64,000 bases of DNA, from the NCBI GenBank assembly GCA_002371465.1, contig DFIU01000010.1, positions 236,638 through 300,637 on the forward strand, given 5' to 3'. The position numbers and the translations under genes were made by a program. The notes under the pieces were generated by a model. That model saw only the letters and a list, made by a program, of their open reading frames with translations, was not told where the DNA came from and ran no database searches. The stretch is from Lachnospiraceae bacterium UBA3689 (GTDB lineage Bacteria > Bacillota > Clostridia > Lachnospirales > Lachnospiraceae). Positions 8,931 through 19,120 of the stretch are shown in pieces (position 1 is the stretch's first letter; every line of letters begins with the position of its first letter).

Positions 8931-9278
8931 ATGAACGAAATCATCAAGAAGATTGAGGATGAGCAGCTGAAGGCTGAGGTTCCGGAATTCCGTGTAGGCG
9001 ATACCGTTCGCGTACATGGCAAGATCAAGGAAGGCAACCGCGAAAGAATCCAGATTTTTGAAGGCGTTGTTTTAAAGAAGCAGGGCGGCGGCAACCGCGA
9101 AACCTTCACAGTTCGCAAGGCTTCCAGCGGAATCGGCGTAGAAAAGACCTGGCCGCTTCATTCTCCCAACGTCGCACAAGTAGAAGTCGTTCGTCACGGC
9201 AAGGTCAGACGGGCTAAGCTGAACTACTTAAGAGAACGTTCCGGCAAGAGCGCAAAGCTCAAGGAAATCATCAAATAA
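8931..9278 (+). CDS. rplS: 50S ribosomal protein L19
   Basis: [10 protein letters not shown]...[10 protein letters not shown]...[12 protein letters not shown]. Confidence 0.98.
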   Translation: MNEIIKKIEDEQLKAEVPEFRVGDTVRVHGKIKEGNRERIQIFEGVVLKKQGGGNRETFTVRKASSGIGVEKTWPLHSPNVAQVEVVRHGKVRRAKLNYLRERSGKSAKLKEIIK

Positions 9279-9290
9279 CTCAGTTTTCTC

Positions 9291-9332
9291 AAAGGGAGCA
9301 AATACATTTTTTGTGTTTGGCTCCCTTTTCTT
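9291..9332 (+). terminator. Intrinsic terminator after rplS
   Basis: aaagggagcaaataca...tgtgtttggctccctttt. Confidence 0.75.
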
Positions 9333-9338
9333 AAAATT

Positions 9339-9917
9339 ATGGCGAAATCAAATTATTTACAGGAACAGAATATGCGGCGGATGCACGCCTTAAGGGTCAG
9401 TCGGATCGTCTTTGCCGTGGAAATTGCCGTCGTGGTCGTCCTGGCGGCTTTAACTGCCCACCTCTTCTTCGGCTCCTACGCCATGCAGGAGGGGTCTATG
9501 GAACCCGCCATCCAGACCGGGGACCGCTATCTGGTCAACCGTGCCGCCTATGCCTTAACCGGCGTACACCGGGGGGACCTCATCGCCTATAAGAGCAAGG
9601 ATGAGGCGGATTCCACCATCCATGTCAAGCGGGTCATCGGTCTGCCGGGTGAAACCGTCCAGATTAAGAACGGGCTGATTCTGATCGACGGCAAGACCTA
9701 TATGGAGGATCGGGAACTCCCGGCGATTACCAATGGGGGCGCTGTCGAGCAGCAGCCCCTGACCATCGGCGACGATGAGTACTTTGTCCTGGGAGATAAC
9801 CGCAACAACAGTGAGGACAGCCGCTTTGCGGATGTCGGAAATATTATGAGAGCCAATATCATCGGGAAAGCCTGGTACCTGTCGTCCCCGCGGTCCCGGT
9901 CCGGCTTTTTAAAGTAA
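9339..9917 (+). CDS. lepB: Signal peptidase I
   Basis: One TM helix, GSMEP (Ser), KRVIGLPGE (Lys), GDNRNNSEDSR. Confidence 0.95.
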   Translation: MAKSNYLQEQNMRRMHALRVSRIVFAVEIAVVVVLAALTAHLFFGSYAMQEGSMEPAIQTGDRYLVNRAAYALTGVHRGDLIAYKSKDEADSTIHVKRVIGLPGETVQIKNGLILIDGKTYMEDRELPAITNGGAVEQQPLTIGDDEYFVLGDNRNNSEDSRFADVGNIMRANIIGKAWYLSSPRSRSGFLK

Positions 9918-9932
9918 GGTAGGAGAAGGATT

Positions 9933-10787
9933 TTGGATTACCAATGGTACCCCGGTCACATGACCAAATCAATTCGTCAGCTTCAGGATGATATTAAGCT
10001 GATCGACCTCTTGATTGAGATCGTGGACGCGAGAATTCCCTATTCCAGCCGCAACCCGGACGTCGAGAAGATGTGCCGGGGCAAGGCGCGGATTGTCATT
10101 TTAAATAAGGCGGATCTTGCCGACGAGGCGGAGAACCGCAGGTGGATGAACTATTTTGAAGGACAAAATGCCAACCCCATCCTGGCGGACGCCAGAAAGA
10201 AAGCGACCTTAAAGCGCCTCCTTCCCCTTGTCAACAAGGCATGCCAGGACAAGATCGAGCGTAATAAACGGAGAGGGATTATCAACCGACCCATGCGCGC
10301 CATGGTCGCCGGCATCCCCAATGTCGGAAAATCGACCTTTATCAACTCCTTCTCCGGTCAGTCGGCGGCAAAGACCGGCAATAAACCCGGCGTCACCAAG
10401 GGCAAACAGTGGATCCGCCTGAATAAGCAGATTGAGCTTCTGGATACGCCCGGACTTCTCTGGCCCAAGTTTGAGAATCAGGAGGTGGGGCTTCATATCG
10501 CCCTGATCGGGTCCATGAAGGACGAGAACCTGATTCCCGAGGAGCTGGCGACGGAGCTGATCAGGCGGCTAAAAGATCACTATGCCAGTATGCTGGCTGA
10601 CCGCTATGGGATTGATGAGGCGAAAGATCCCGCCCATATCTTAGAAGAGGTCGCCATCCGGCGGGGTTGCCTTAAGGCAGGGGCTGAACCCGATCTGGTC
10701 AAGGCGGCAAGAATCTTAATCGATGAGTTCCGGTCCGCCAAGATCGGCAGGGTCACGCTGGAATCCGCTGAGGACCTGGTCCCATGA
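9933..10787 (+). CDS. rbgA: Ribosome biogenesis GTPase RbgA/YlqF
   Basis: [24 protein letters not shown]; TTG start. Confidence 0.96.
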   Translation: MDYQWYPGHMTKSIRQLQDDIKLIDLLIEIVDARIPYSSRNPDVEKMCRGKARIVILNKADLADEAENRRWMNYFEGQNANPILADARKKATLKRLLPLVNKACQDKIERNKRRGIINRPMRAMVAGIPNVGKSTFINSFSGQSAAKTGNKPGVTKGKQWIRLNKQIELLDTPGLLWPKFENQEVGLHIALIGSMKDENLIPEELATELIRRLKDHYASMLADRYGIDEAKDPAHILEEVAIRRGCLKAGAEPDLVKAARILIDEFRSAKIGRVTLESAEDLVP

Positions 10788-11464
10788 CGGAAAAACAACT
10801 GGCTCGCCTGAAGGAAAAAGAGGAGAGGGTGCGGCTCCGCCTGGAAAAGGAACTGGCTCGAACCCAGGGCCTCATGGTCTACGAACATCAATTTGCGGAC
10901 AAGGGCCTCATCTGCGGCATCGACGAGGTCGGGCGGGGTCCCCTGGCGGGACCGGTCATGGCGGGAGCGGTCATCCTGCCCAAAGACCACCCGATCTTAT
11001 ATCTAAATGATTCCAAAAAACTTTCGGCGAAAAAGCGGGACCAGCTCTATGACGTCATCATGCAGGAGGCGGTTGCCGTCGGCATCGGACGGGTGGATCA
11101 GGAGGAGATCGATGCGATCAATATCCTGCAGGCTACTTACCGCGCCATGCGGCAGGCGATCGAAGGGCTTGCCCCCAAACCCGATTTTCTCCTGGTCGAC
11201 GCCGTGACGATTCCCGATACGGGTCTGCCCCAGTGCCCCATCATCAAGGGGGACGCCAAGAGCGTCTCGATCGCGGCGGCAAGCATCGTCGCCAAGGTGA
11301 CCCGGGACCGGCTGATGGAGGACTACGACCGCCTCTATCCTGAGTATCATTTTGCCAAAAATAAGGGCTACGGGACGGCGGAGCATATCGCTGCGCTGAA
11401 GAAATACGGACCCTGTCCCCTTCACCGCAAAACTTTTATTCAAAGAATTCTGGAAGATCGATGA
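10784..11464 (+). CDS. rnhB: Ribonuclease HII
   Basis: [40 protein letters not shown]. Confidence 0.97.
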   Translation: MTEKQLARLKEKEERVRLRLEKELARTQGLMVYEHQFADKGLICGIDEVGRGPLAGPVMAGAVILPKDHPILYLNDSKKLSAKKRDQLYDVIMQEAVAVGIGRVDQEEIDAINILQATYRAMRQAIEGLAPKPDFLLVDAVTIPDTGLPQCPIIKGDAKSVSIAAASIVAKVTRDRLMEDYDRLYPEYHFAKNKGYGTAEHIAALKKYGPCPLHRKTFIQRILEDR

Positions 11465-11814
11465 ACCAAAGAGCCTTGGGCGGCAGCTTTGAAGGAAAGG
11501 CTGCCGATTTTTTAATCAAAGAGGGATACCAGATCCTGGACAGGAACTTCCGCTGCCGGATGGGAGAGATCGACATCATCGCCAGGGACGGAATCTATCT
11601 GGTCTTTGTCGAGGTTAAGTTCCGCTCCAGTTCCCGCTACGGGGGACCGCTGCCGCCGGTCGATTCTAAAAAGCAGAGGACCATATCCAAAGTGGCTGTC
11701 TTCTATCTGATGAAGCAGGGACTGCCGCTCACCACGCCCTGCCGTTTTGACGTGGTTGGCATCCTGCCGGATCAGATCAGGCTGGTCAAGAATGCCTTCC
11801 CTTTTCGAAAATAA
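11461..11814 (+). CDS. YraN/UPF0102 family nuclease-like protein
   Basis: [12 protein letters not shown]...LVFVEVK...CRFDVVGI. Confidence 0.9.
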   Translation: MNQRALGGSFEGKAADFLIKEGYQILDRNFRCRMGEIDIIARDGIYLVFVEVKFRSSSRYGGPLPPVDSKKQRTISKVAVFYLMKQGLPLTTPCRFDVVGILPDQIRLVKNAFPFRK

Positions 11815-11964
11815 GGGTTTGGCTTTTGCTAAGGAAGTTCAGGTGTAGAAAAGCATCTTACTTCAGGATTGTAAAAGCGGACTTTGGATTGGAAGGCGGA
11901 TCGGAAGTAGAGCTCACATTTAAGATAAACCGTAATCTGTGATTTTGATGGCAGGAATATTAGA

Positions 11965-12018
11965 ATCGTAGACTTTCAGCCGGGCAAATATATCGTAGAC
12001 TTTCAGTCGGGAAAATAT
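11965..12018. repeat. 27-bp tandem repeat, two copies with two mismatches
   Basis: atcgtagactttcagccgggcaaatat / atcgtagactttcagtcgggaaaatat. Confidence 0.9.
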
Positions 12019-12052
12019 TTAGGGCAAGGGGCTTTATCAAGGGGGCTTTTGT

Positions 12053-12877
12053 ATGGATATCAAATGGATCGATGAAAAAGAAGAGGGGATGACCCTGCAC
12101 CGGGATTTGAGCTGTCTGTGGATGTCCTTTCCGGGACTCGATCAGATGGACTGGCTGACCAACGCCTTCTCGACCCGCTTTGGAGGTGTCAGCCAGGGTT
12201 ACTTATCTTCCATGAGCTTTCGCTTTGGCATGGATCAGCCGGATCAGCTCCATGAGAATTTTCGCCGGATGGGAGAGGCGGTCGGTTTTGAACCCGAGGG
12301 GCTGGTCTGTTCCGCCCAGACTCATACGGCCAACGTGGTCCGGGTCGGGCGGGAGGACCGGGGCAGGGGCTACAGCCGGGACCGGGGCTGGAAGGATGTC
12401 GATGGTATGATCACCAACGAGCCAGGAGTTGTGCTGGCGACCTTTTACGCGGACTGCGTCCCCCTCTACCTGGTCGACCCCGTCCACCGCGCCATCGGGC
12501 TTGCCCATTCCGGCTGGAGAGGGACTGCCGCAGAGATGGGGCGGGTCACAGTCGAAGCCATGCAGAGGGAATTTGACAGCCAACCAAAAGATCTGTACGC
12601 AGCCATCGGTCCCAGCATCTGTCAGGACTGCTATGAGGTCAGTGAGGAAGTCGCCAGACAGTTCCCCAACTGCTATTTAAAGCCCCATGGCGAGGGCAAA
12701 TACCTGCTGGACTTACAGGACGCCAATCGGGGTATCCTGGTCTCTGCCGGACTTGGTGTCGACCATATTGAGCTGCCCAATCTTTGTACCTGCTGTAACC
12801 CGGACCTGCTCCATTCCCACCGGGCGACAGGCGGTAAGCGGGGCAACAATGGCGCCTTCCTCGCAATTAGGGAATAA
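12053..12877 (+). CDS. pgeF: PgeF/YfiH laccase-domain protein (purine nucleoside phosphorylase / peptidoglycan editing)
   Basis: FSTRFGGVS, QTHTANV, DGMITN, YADCVP, HSGWRG, IGPSICQDCYEV. Confidence 0.93.
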   Translation: MDIKWIDEKEEGMTLHRDLSCLWMSFPGLDQMDWLTNAFSTRFGGVSQGYLSSMSFRFGMDQPDQLHENFRRMGEAVGFEPEGLVCSAQTHTANVVRVGREDRGRGYSRDRGWKDVDGMITNEPGVVLATFYADCVPLYLVDPVHRAIGLAHSGWRGTAAEMGRVTVEAMQREFDSQPKDLYAAIGPSICQDCYEVSEEVARQFPNCYLKPHGEGKYLLDLQDANRGILVSAGLGVDHIELPNLCTCCNPDLLHSHRATGGKRGNNGAFLAIRE

Positions 12878-12929
12878 ATATAATAGATTAAGTATAAAGA
12901 GTTGAGAGATAAACAGATTAAACATATGC

Positions 12930-12961
12930 AGTTGAAGCGGGTCATTCGACCCGCTTCAACT
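12930..12961. terminator. Perfect 14-bp hairpin between convergent pgeF and rqcH, probable bidirectional terminator
   Basis: agttgaagcgggtc-attc-gacccgcttcaact; overlaps the rqcH stop codon. Confidence 0.6.
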
Positions 12962-14693
12962 CTTTAATATCCGGAACGGCGACCAGAGAGTAATTGGTGT
13001 GGTAGATGACAAAGCCAGGCTTGCCGCCATTTTTTTTGCGAAGATTTCGTTTTAAGGTGTAATCGACTTCCACTTTGGGCGCTTTCCTGCCGGATGAGTA
13101 GTAGGCGGCGAGGGCGCCCGCCTCTTCAAAGGTTTTATCCGGAACGTCCTTCCCGCCCGACCTGACAATGACGTGGCTGCCCGGCATACCCTTGGCGTGG
13201 AACCACCAGTCATTTCCATCCGCCAGCTTGAAGGACAACTGCTCATTCTGGTAGTTGTTCTTGCCGACCAGGATACGGAAGCCATCGGAGGATTCGTAAC
13301 AGTAGGGGGCGGATTTTGCCTCTCGTCGTAAGCCCTTCTTGACTGCGGCGTGCTTTTGCACATAGCCGAAGTCCTGCAGTTCCTTACGGATCTCAGAAAG
13401 ATCGGATTCATTTTCCGCCAGATCAATGGAAGTCAGAATCGCCTCCAACTGGTCCCGGTCATTTTCCGTCTCTTCCAGCTGGGAAGTCAGAGCCCCGGCC
13501 GTCCGCTTGAGTTTGTTGTAGCGGGCAAAATATTTCTGGGCATTTTCCCGGGCGGTCATAGTCGGGTCCAGGGGGACCGTGATCTCCTGATTGTCATAAT
13601 AATTGATGCAGGTAAGGCTCTTTGCCCCCTCCTCAACCTCGTAGCCGTAGGTGTTGAGCATCTCGCCCCAGATCCGGTATTTTTCCCGCCTCCGGGTGCT
13701 GTCCATCTGCTTGTTCTGCAGCTGGAACTTTTTGTTGGTGCGGTCCAAGGCGTTGGAGACCAGGTGGCGCAGGTCTGCGGATTTTTGCCGGATCCGATTG
13801 ACCGCCTCCTTCTTTCCATAGAAGGATTCCAGAAGTTCGCTGACCGACTCATAGGTAATCAGCTGGTGCTGATCGTCTTGGTAGAGCTTTAGGGGCAGGG
13901 AACTAAATTCCACCGGCTCCCCGTTTTGTTCAACCATGTTGGGAAGAAAGCTGCCGGCACTTACCTCTGCCATCCTGCTCAGGACCACCCGGGTCAGAGC
14001 TTCCTGCTCGGATTTTGTCAGGTCCTTCCAGCCCTTTCTGGGATCGACAACTGCCTCCGCGCAGAATTCCTCCGCGGCTGCGGGACTAAAACCGGTAAAG
14101 GTCCCATAGAGCCCCTTGGTCAGGTTTTGGGCAGCCCCCTCCATGGCGGTTTGAAATTGAGCATCAGTCACCGTCAGCGGATTCAGCTTTTTGTCAGCGC
14201 CCGGAATGAACCAGGTCCTGCCCGGCAGGACCTCCCGGACAGAACTCATATTGGCAGGGACCCGCTTGATGCTGTCGATAATGGTATTCTGATCGTCGGT
14301 AAAAATGATGTTGCTGTATTTGCCCATCAGCTCCACGATCAGCTTCTTGGTTTTCAGATCGCCCAGTTCATCCCGATGGGAGATTTCAAAGATGACCACC
14401 CGCTCCAGAGAGGGTTGGGTCACGGACAGGATCTGGCCCCCCTGCAGGTGCTTCCGCAGCAGCATACAAAAATTCGGGGCTGTGATGGGCGCCTCTTTTT
14501 TCTTCTGCGTCAGATAGATGAGGGGCAGGGAAGCACTGGCGGAAATCTGCAGGATGCAGGGCTTCCTGTGACTTTTGACCAGGATCTGCAGCTCGTCCTT
14601 TTCCGGCTGGGTGATGCGGCTGATGCCGCCGTCTTTTAAGGTGTCCCCTAGTTCTTTTACAATATTTGCAACGGTAATTCCATCAAATGCCAT
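12942..14693 (-). CDS. rqcH: Rqc2/RqcH (NFACT, FbpA-like) ribosome quality-control protein
   Basis: MAFDG, FCMLLRKHL, ELMGKYSNII, VGKNNYQNE, WFHAKGMPGSHV, VDYT. Confidence 0.94.
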   Translation of the reverse strand: MAFDGITVANIVKELGDTLKDGGISRITQPEKDELQILVKSHRKPCILQISASASLPLIYLTQKKKEAPITAPNFCMLLRKHLQGGQILSVTQPSLERVVIFEISHRDELGDLKTKKLIVELMGKYSNIIFTDDQNTIIDSIKRVPANMSSVREVLPGRTWFIPGADKKLNPLTVTDAQFQTAMEGAAQNLTKGLYGTFTGFSPAAAEEFCAEAVVDPRKGWKDLTKSEQEALTRVVLSRMAEVSAGSFLPNMVEQNGEPVEFSSLPLKLYQDDQHQLITYESVSELLESFYGKKEAVNRIRQKSADLRHLVSNALDRTNKKFQLQNKQMDSTRRREKYRIWGEMLNTYGYEVEEGAKSLTCINYYDNQEITVPLDPTMTARENAQKYFARYNKLKRTAGALTSQLEETENDRDQLEAILTSIDLAENESDLSEIRKELQDFGYVQKHAAVKKGLRREAKSAPYCYESSDGFRILVGKNNYQNEQLSFKLADGNDWWFHAKGMPGSHVIVRSGGKDVPDKTFEEAGALAAYYSSGRKAPKVEVDYTLKRNLRKKNGGKPGFVIYHTNYSLVAVPDIKELKRVE

Positions 14694-14720
14694 AGTTCTT
14701 CTCCCTTAACGAATAGGGAG

Positions 14721-14769
14721 ATTATAACATAATTGCGCGGTTGACGCATTTTTCAAATTGCGGTACTAT
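14721..14769. promoter_or_regulatory. Divergent promoters for rqcH (-) and yicC (+)
   Basis: Plus: TTGACG(14741)-17-TACTAT(14764). Minus: extended -10 TGtTATAAT (14721-14729). Confidence 0.6.
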
Positions 14770-14826
14770 AGAAAAGCTGTTTAAAGGCAGCAGTATGCCC
14801 AATTTTAAAACTAAGGGAGAGCTTTC

Positions 14827-15705
14827 ATGATCAGAAGCATGACCGGATACGGAAAGGCGGAGGCTGTCGGAGAAACAAGAAAACTGACAGTGGAAATCAA
14901 ATCCGTCAACAACCGCTATCTGGATTTTAATATCCGTATGCCCAGGAAATTCAGCTTTCTGGAGGCAAGGATCAGGTCCGTCCTGAAGGAGTACATGACC
15001 CGCGGCAAGGTCGATGTCTTTATCAACTCCGAGGAGGGCGGCGGGGAGGTCGGAACTCTCCATTATAATGAGGCGCTGGCGCGTGAGTATGTGACCTGCA
15101 TGAAGCGGATGGCCGAAAGCTTTGGTCTTACAGAGGAGATCACGGCGGCGGATATCGCCAAAGCGCCTGAAGTCCTGACTCTGGGTGAAGGGAAGACCAA
15201 TGAAGACGAGCTTTGGAACCAGCTGGAGCCGGTCATCCGGACCGCCGCGAAACGCTTTGATGAGGCGCGGGAAAAAGAGGGCGGTCAGCTCTGCCGGGAC
15301 CTTTTAGAAAAATTGGAGGTTATGGATGGTCAGGTCGACCAGATCATAGCCCATGAACCAGAGATCATGGCTTCCTATCGCGCCAAACTGACCGAGACAC
15401 TGACCCAGATCCTTGAGGATCGGGATATCGATGATACCAGAATCGCCGCGGAATGTGTGGTCTACGCCGATAAGATCTGTACCGACGAGGAGATGGTGAG
15501 GCTGAAGAGCCATATCCGGACCATGAGGGAGGACCTCAAGTCCGGAAAAAGCGTCGGGCGAAAGCTGGATTTCATCGCCCAGGAGATGAACCGGGAGGCG
15601 AATACGACCTTGTCAAAGGCAGGGGATCTGATTACCTCCGATATCGGCATCGGGCTGAAAACGGAGATTGAAAAGATCCGGGAACAGATCCAGAATATAG
15701 AATGA
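14827..15705 (+). CDS. yicC: YicC/YloC family endoribonuclease
   Basis: MIRSMTGYG, EIKSVNNRYLD, GRKLDFIAQEMNREANT, REQIQNIE. Confidence 0.95.
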   Translation: MIRSMTGYGKAEAVGETRKLTVEIKSVNNRYLDFNIRMPRKFSFLEARIRSVLKEYMTRGKVDVFINSEEGGGEVGTLHYNEALAREYVTCMKRMAESFGLTEEITAADIAKAPEVLTLGEGKTNEDELWNQLEPVIRTAAKRFDEAREKEGGQLCRDLLEKLEVMDGQVDQIIAHEPEIMASYRAKLTETLTQILEDRDIDDTRIAAECVVYADKICTDEEMVRLKSHIRTMREDLKSGKSVGRKLDFIAQEMNREANTTLSKAGDLITSDIGIGLKTEIEKIREQIQNIE

Positions 15706-15716
15706 TGGGGGATAGT

Positions 15717-16349
15717 ATGGCAGGAAGAGGAATCCTTTCCGTCGTATCCGGTTTTTCCGGATCCGGCAAAGGGACCATCATGAAGGCTTTGTTGAAGAAA
15801 TACGATAATTACGCGGTCTCCATTTCCGCGACGACGCGGCAGATGCGGTCCAATGAGAAGCCGGATTTGGATTATTTCTTTATCAGTGACCGGGAATTTG
15901 AGCGGATGATCGCCGATGACGAGCTGTATGAATACGCCTGCTATCAGGATCATTACTATGGGACGCCCAAGCGCTATGTCGATGAGCAGCTGGATCAGGG
16001 CAAGGACGTCATCCTGGAGATTGAGGTCCAGGGAGCGGAGAAGATCAAGGCCAGGTTCCCGGATACGGTCCTTATCTTTGTGACCCCGCCGTCCGCCAGG
16101 GAGCTCAAAAACCGCCTGGTGGGCAGGGGGACTGAGACCGCCGATCGGATCGAGGGTCGCTTAAAACGGGCGGCCGAAGAGGCGGATCTCATGGACCGCT
16201 ACGATTATATCTTAGTCAATGACCAGCTCGATGCCTGTGTGGACCAGCTCGATGAGATTCTCCGCACCGAACATAAAAAGGCAAGCCGCAACAAGGAACT
16301 GATCAAACAACTTTCAGAGGAACTTCAAACTTTAACGAAAGGGGAATAA
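15717..16349 (+). CDS. gmk: Guanylate kinase
   Basis: SGFSGSGKGT, SATTR, YYGTP, LEIEVQGA. Confidence 0.96.
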   Translation: MAGRGILSVVSGFSGSGKGTIMKALLKKYDNYAVSISATTRQMRSNEKPDLDYFFISDREFERMIADDELYEYACYQDHYYGTPKRYVDEQLDQGKDVILEIEVQGAEKIKARFPDTVLIFVTPPSARELKNRLVGRGTETADRIEGRLKRAAEEADLMDRYDYILVNDQLDACVDQLDEILRTEHKKASRNKELIKQLSEELQTLTKGE

Positions 16350-16354
16350 CTATT

Positions 16355-16603
16355 ATGATGATGCATCCTTCTTATAGGGAAATGATGGAGGCGGTCAACA
16401 AGCAGAGCGAGGACGACACAACTCCGATTGTATCGAGCCGCTATTCGATCGTGATGGCTACTGCCAAGAGAGCCAGACAGATCATCGACGGAGATGATCC
16501 TATGATCAGTGATACGGAAGGCAGAAAGCCCCTTTCCATCGCTGTGGATGAGATCTACCGGGGTCAGGTCAAGATCGTACCGGAAGACGGGGAAGAGAAC
16601 TGA
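16355..16603 (+). CDS. rpoZ: RNA polymerase omega subunit
   Basis: SRYSIVMATAKRARQI, KPLSIAVDEI; follows gmk. Confidence 0.93.
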   Translation: MMMHPSYREMMEAVNKQSEDDTTPIVSSRYSIVMATAKRARQIIDGDDPMISDTEGRKPLSIAVDEIYRGQVKIVPEDGEEN

Positions 16604-16656
16604 TCAGGACTAAACGATAGGTTCCCAGGTTAAGGAAAAAATTAAAGAGGCGAATC

Positions 16657-16698
16657 AAAAGGCTGTGACAGATCTTGTTTTCTTGCCCAGCCTTTTTT
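16657..16698 (+). terminator. Terminator-like hairpin between rpoZ and rimO
   Basis: aaaaggctg...cagcctttttt with a long loop. Confidence 0.5.
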
Positions 16699-16722
16699 CT
16701 ATGAAAGGACAAAAGGTTATTT

Positions 16723-18063
16723 ATGAAATTACTCATGGTCTCACTGGGCTGTGACAAAAATCTGGTCGATTCCGAGCGGATGCTGGGCATCCTGACCGCT
16801 CACGGCTACGAGGTGACGGATGATGAAGGGGAGGCAGAGGCGGCTGTCGTCAACACCTGCTGCTTTATCGAAGAGGCGAAAAATGAGAGCATATCCCAGA
16901 TCTTTGAGCTTGCCCGGCTCAAAGATACGGCTAAGCTGAAGGCTCTGGTCGTCAGCGGCTGCATGGCGCAGCGCTACAAGGACGAGATTCTGGAGGAGAT
17001 TCCGGAGATCGACGCCATTGTCGGAACGACCGGCCTCGACAGTATCGCAAAAGCTGTGGATGACGCTCTTGCCGGCAAACGAGACGCCATTTTCAACGAT
17101 ATCAGCGCCGATCCCGATATCGAGTCAGGCAGCCGGATCATCACGACCGGCGGTCACTTTGCCTATTTGAAGATCGCGGAGGGCTGCGACAAGCGGTGTA
17201 CCTACTGCGCGATTCCCGATATCCGCGGTCACTACAGAAGCTATCCCATGGAGAATTTGCTCGATGAGGCGGGGCAGCTTGCCGACAAAGGAGTCAAAGA
17301 GCTGATCCTGGTCGCGGAGGAGACTACCCTCTACGGGACGGATATCTATGGCAAAAAGATGCTGCACGTTCTCTTAAAGAAGCTGTGCCGGATTCCTGGC
17401 ATCCACTGGATCCGCATCCTCTACTGTTATCCGGAGGAGATCTATCCGGAGCTGATCACGGTCATGGCGGAAGAACCCAAGATCTGTCACTATCTGGACC
17501 TGCCCATCCAGCATGCCTCCAACCGCGTCTTAAAGCGCATGAACCGCCATACGACCAAGGAGGACCTGATCGCCCTGGTTAAAAGACTGCGGCAGCAGAT
17601 TCCGGATATTTACTTGAGGACCACCCTTATCACGGGCTTTCCGGGGGAGACCGAGGAGGACCACCGGGAACTGATGGATTTTGTAGAGGACCTGCGTTTT
17701 GACCGCCTGGGCGTCTTTCCCTATTCCAAAGAGGAGGGGACTCCGGCGGAGAAGATGAAGCCCCAGATTGAAAAGGAGGTCATGGACCGCCGCTTAGACG
17801 AACTCATGACATTGCAGCAGGGGATTTCTCTTGAAAATGGAAGAGACCGGGTCGGAACTGTGCTGGAGTGCGTCGTCGAAGGCGCCCTGCCTGAGGAGGA
17901 TGTCTATGTCTGCCGCTCCTATGGGGACGCCCCCAGTGTGGACGGCTATGTATTCGCCTCCTCGCAAAGAGAATTGATGACCGGAGACTTCATTCGTGTT
18001 AAGATAAAGGAAGCATCTGAATACGATTTAAGAGGAGAGGAGATCGAACATGAATCCCTTTAA
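16723..18063 (+). CDS. rimO: Ribosomal protein S12 methylthiotransferase
   Basis: SLGCDKNLVDSE, NTCCFI, CDKRCTYC radical-SAM motif, TRAM domain (RSYGDAPSVDG). Confidence 0.95.
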   Translation: MKLLMVSLGCDKNLVDSERMLGILTAHGYEVTDDEGEAEAAVVNTCCFIEEAKNESISQIFELARLKDTAKLKALVVSGCMAQRYKDEILEEIPEIDAIVGTTGLDSIAKAVDDALAGKRDAIFNDISADPDIESGSRIITTGGHFAYLKIAEGCDKRCTYCAIPDIRGHYRSYPMENLLDEAGQLADKGVKELILVAEETTLYGTDIYGKKMLHVLLKKLCRIPGIHWIRILYCYPEEIYPELITVMAEEPKICHYLDLPIQHASNRVLKRMNRHTTKEDLIALVKRLRQQIPDIYLRTTLITGFPGETEEDHRELMDFVEDLRFDRLGVFPYSKEEGTPAEKMKPQIEKEVMDRRLDELMTLQQGISLENGRDRVGTVLECVVEGALPEEDVYVCRSYGDAPSVDGYVFASSQRELMTGDFIRVKIKEASEYDLRGEEIEHESL

Positions 18064-18610
18064 GAACATGAATCTTCCCAATAAACTGACCTGCCTTCGT
18101 ATGCTTATGATCGTGCCCTTTGTCATCTGTATGCTGGCAGGACGCGCCGTGGGCATCTGGATGGTCCTGTCCCTGGTCCTGTTTGTCGGTGCTTCCTTGA
18201 CCGACCTGCTGGACGGCAAGATAGCCAGGGCACGCCACCTGATCACCGACTTCGGGAAATTTATGGACCCCCTGGCGGATAAGCTCCTGGTCTGCTCGGC
18301 TATGATCTGCCTGGTTGACTTAAAGAGGCTGCCCGCCTGGGTCTGCATCATCATTATCGCCAGAGAGTTTATCATCAGCGGTTTCCGCCTGATCGCATCC
18401 GACAACGGCATCGTGATCGCGGCTAACTACTGGGGCAAGTGCAAGACCGTTTCCCAGATGGTCATGGTCATCCTGCTGATTGCCAATCTGAAGCTGCCGG
18501 TCTTTACAGTTCTGGGGCAGATCTCCATCTATGTCGCCTGCGCCCTGACCGTCATTTCTCTGGTGACCTATATCGCCGGCAATAAAAATGTCCTTTCGGA
18601 GCAGAAATAA
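18050..18610 (+). CDS. pgsA: CDP-diacylglycerol--glycerol-3-phosphate 3-phosphatidyltransferase
   Basis: NLPNKLT, TDLLDGKIAR, FGKFMDPLADKLL. Confidence 0.96.
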   Translation: MNPFKNMNLPNKLTCLRMLMIVPFVICMLAGRAVGIWMVLSLVLFVGASLTDLLDGKIARARHLITDFGKFMDPLADKLLVCSAMICLVDLKRLPAWVCIIIIAREFIISGFRLIASDNGIVIAANYWGKCKTVSQMVMVILLIANLKLPVFTVLGQISIYVACALTVISLVTYIAGNKNVLSEQK

Positions 18611-19089
18611 TGAGTCAGATCGAATATCAGGTCGTGGAAGAGCTGATCAAAGAAAAACTGACATTGACAACGGTTGAATCCTGTACGGGCGGAATGATTT
18701 CCGCCCGTATTGTCAATGTTCCGGGCGCTTCCCAGGTCCTTATGCAGGGACTTACCACCTACAGCAATGAGGCGAAGGTTCGCTATGTCGGGGTCAAGCC
18801 CGAAACATTGAAAGTCCACGGAGCGGTGAGCGCCGAGACCGCCCGGGAAATGGTCGAGGGGGCGGTGAGAATGACGGGAACGGACGCCGCCGTCGCGACG
18901 ACCGGGATCGCCGGACCGGGAGGGGGAACGCCCGAAAAACCGGTCGGGACGGTCTACATTTCCGCCTCAGCCAAGGGACATACGGAAGTTAAGCTGCTCC
19001 ATCTGACCGGGACCCGTCTGGGGATCCGCACATCGGCGGCAGAGGAAGCGCTTGCACTTTTATACTCTATTGTGGTAAAGTATCGCTGA
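18610..19089 (+). CDS. Stand-alone CinA C-terminal domain (NMN deamidase, PncC-like)
   Basis: ESCTGG, TYSNEAK, GAVS, TGIAGPGGGTPEKPVG. Confidence 0.88.
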   Translation: MSQIEYQVVEELIKEKLTLTTVESCTGGMISARIVNVPGASQVLMQGLTTYSNEAKVRYVGVKPETLKVHGAVSAETAREMVEGAVRMTGTDAAVATTGIAGPGGGTPEKPVGTVYISASAKGHTEVKLLHLTGTRLGIRTSAAEEALALLYSIVVKYR

Positions 19090-19120
19090 CTGATAAAGAC
19101 GAATCCAAAAGGAGAAGACT

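Noticed and set aside
11935-12018. CRISPR interpretation of the 27-bp repeat
   Set aside because: Copies are adjacent with no spacers, only two clear copies, and no cas genes.
15700-15720. No remA/DUF370 gene between yicC and gmk
   Set aside because: A simple, commonly variable gene loss with no other signal.
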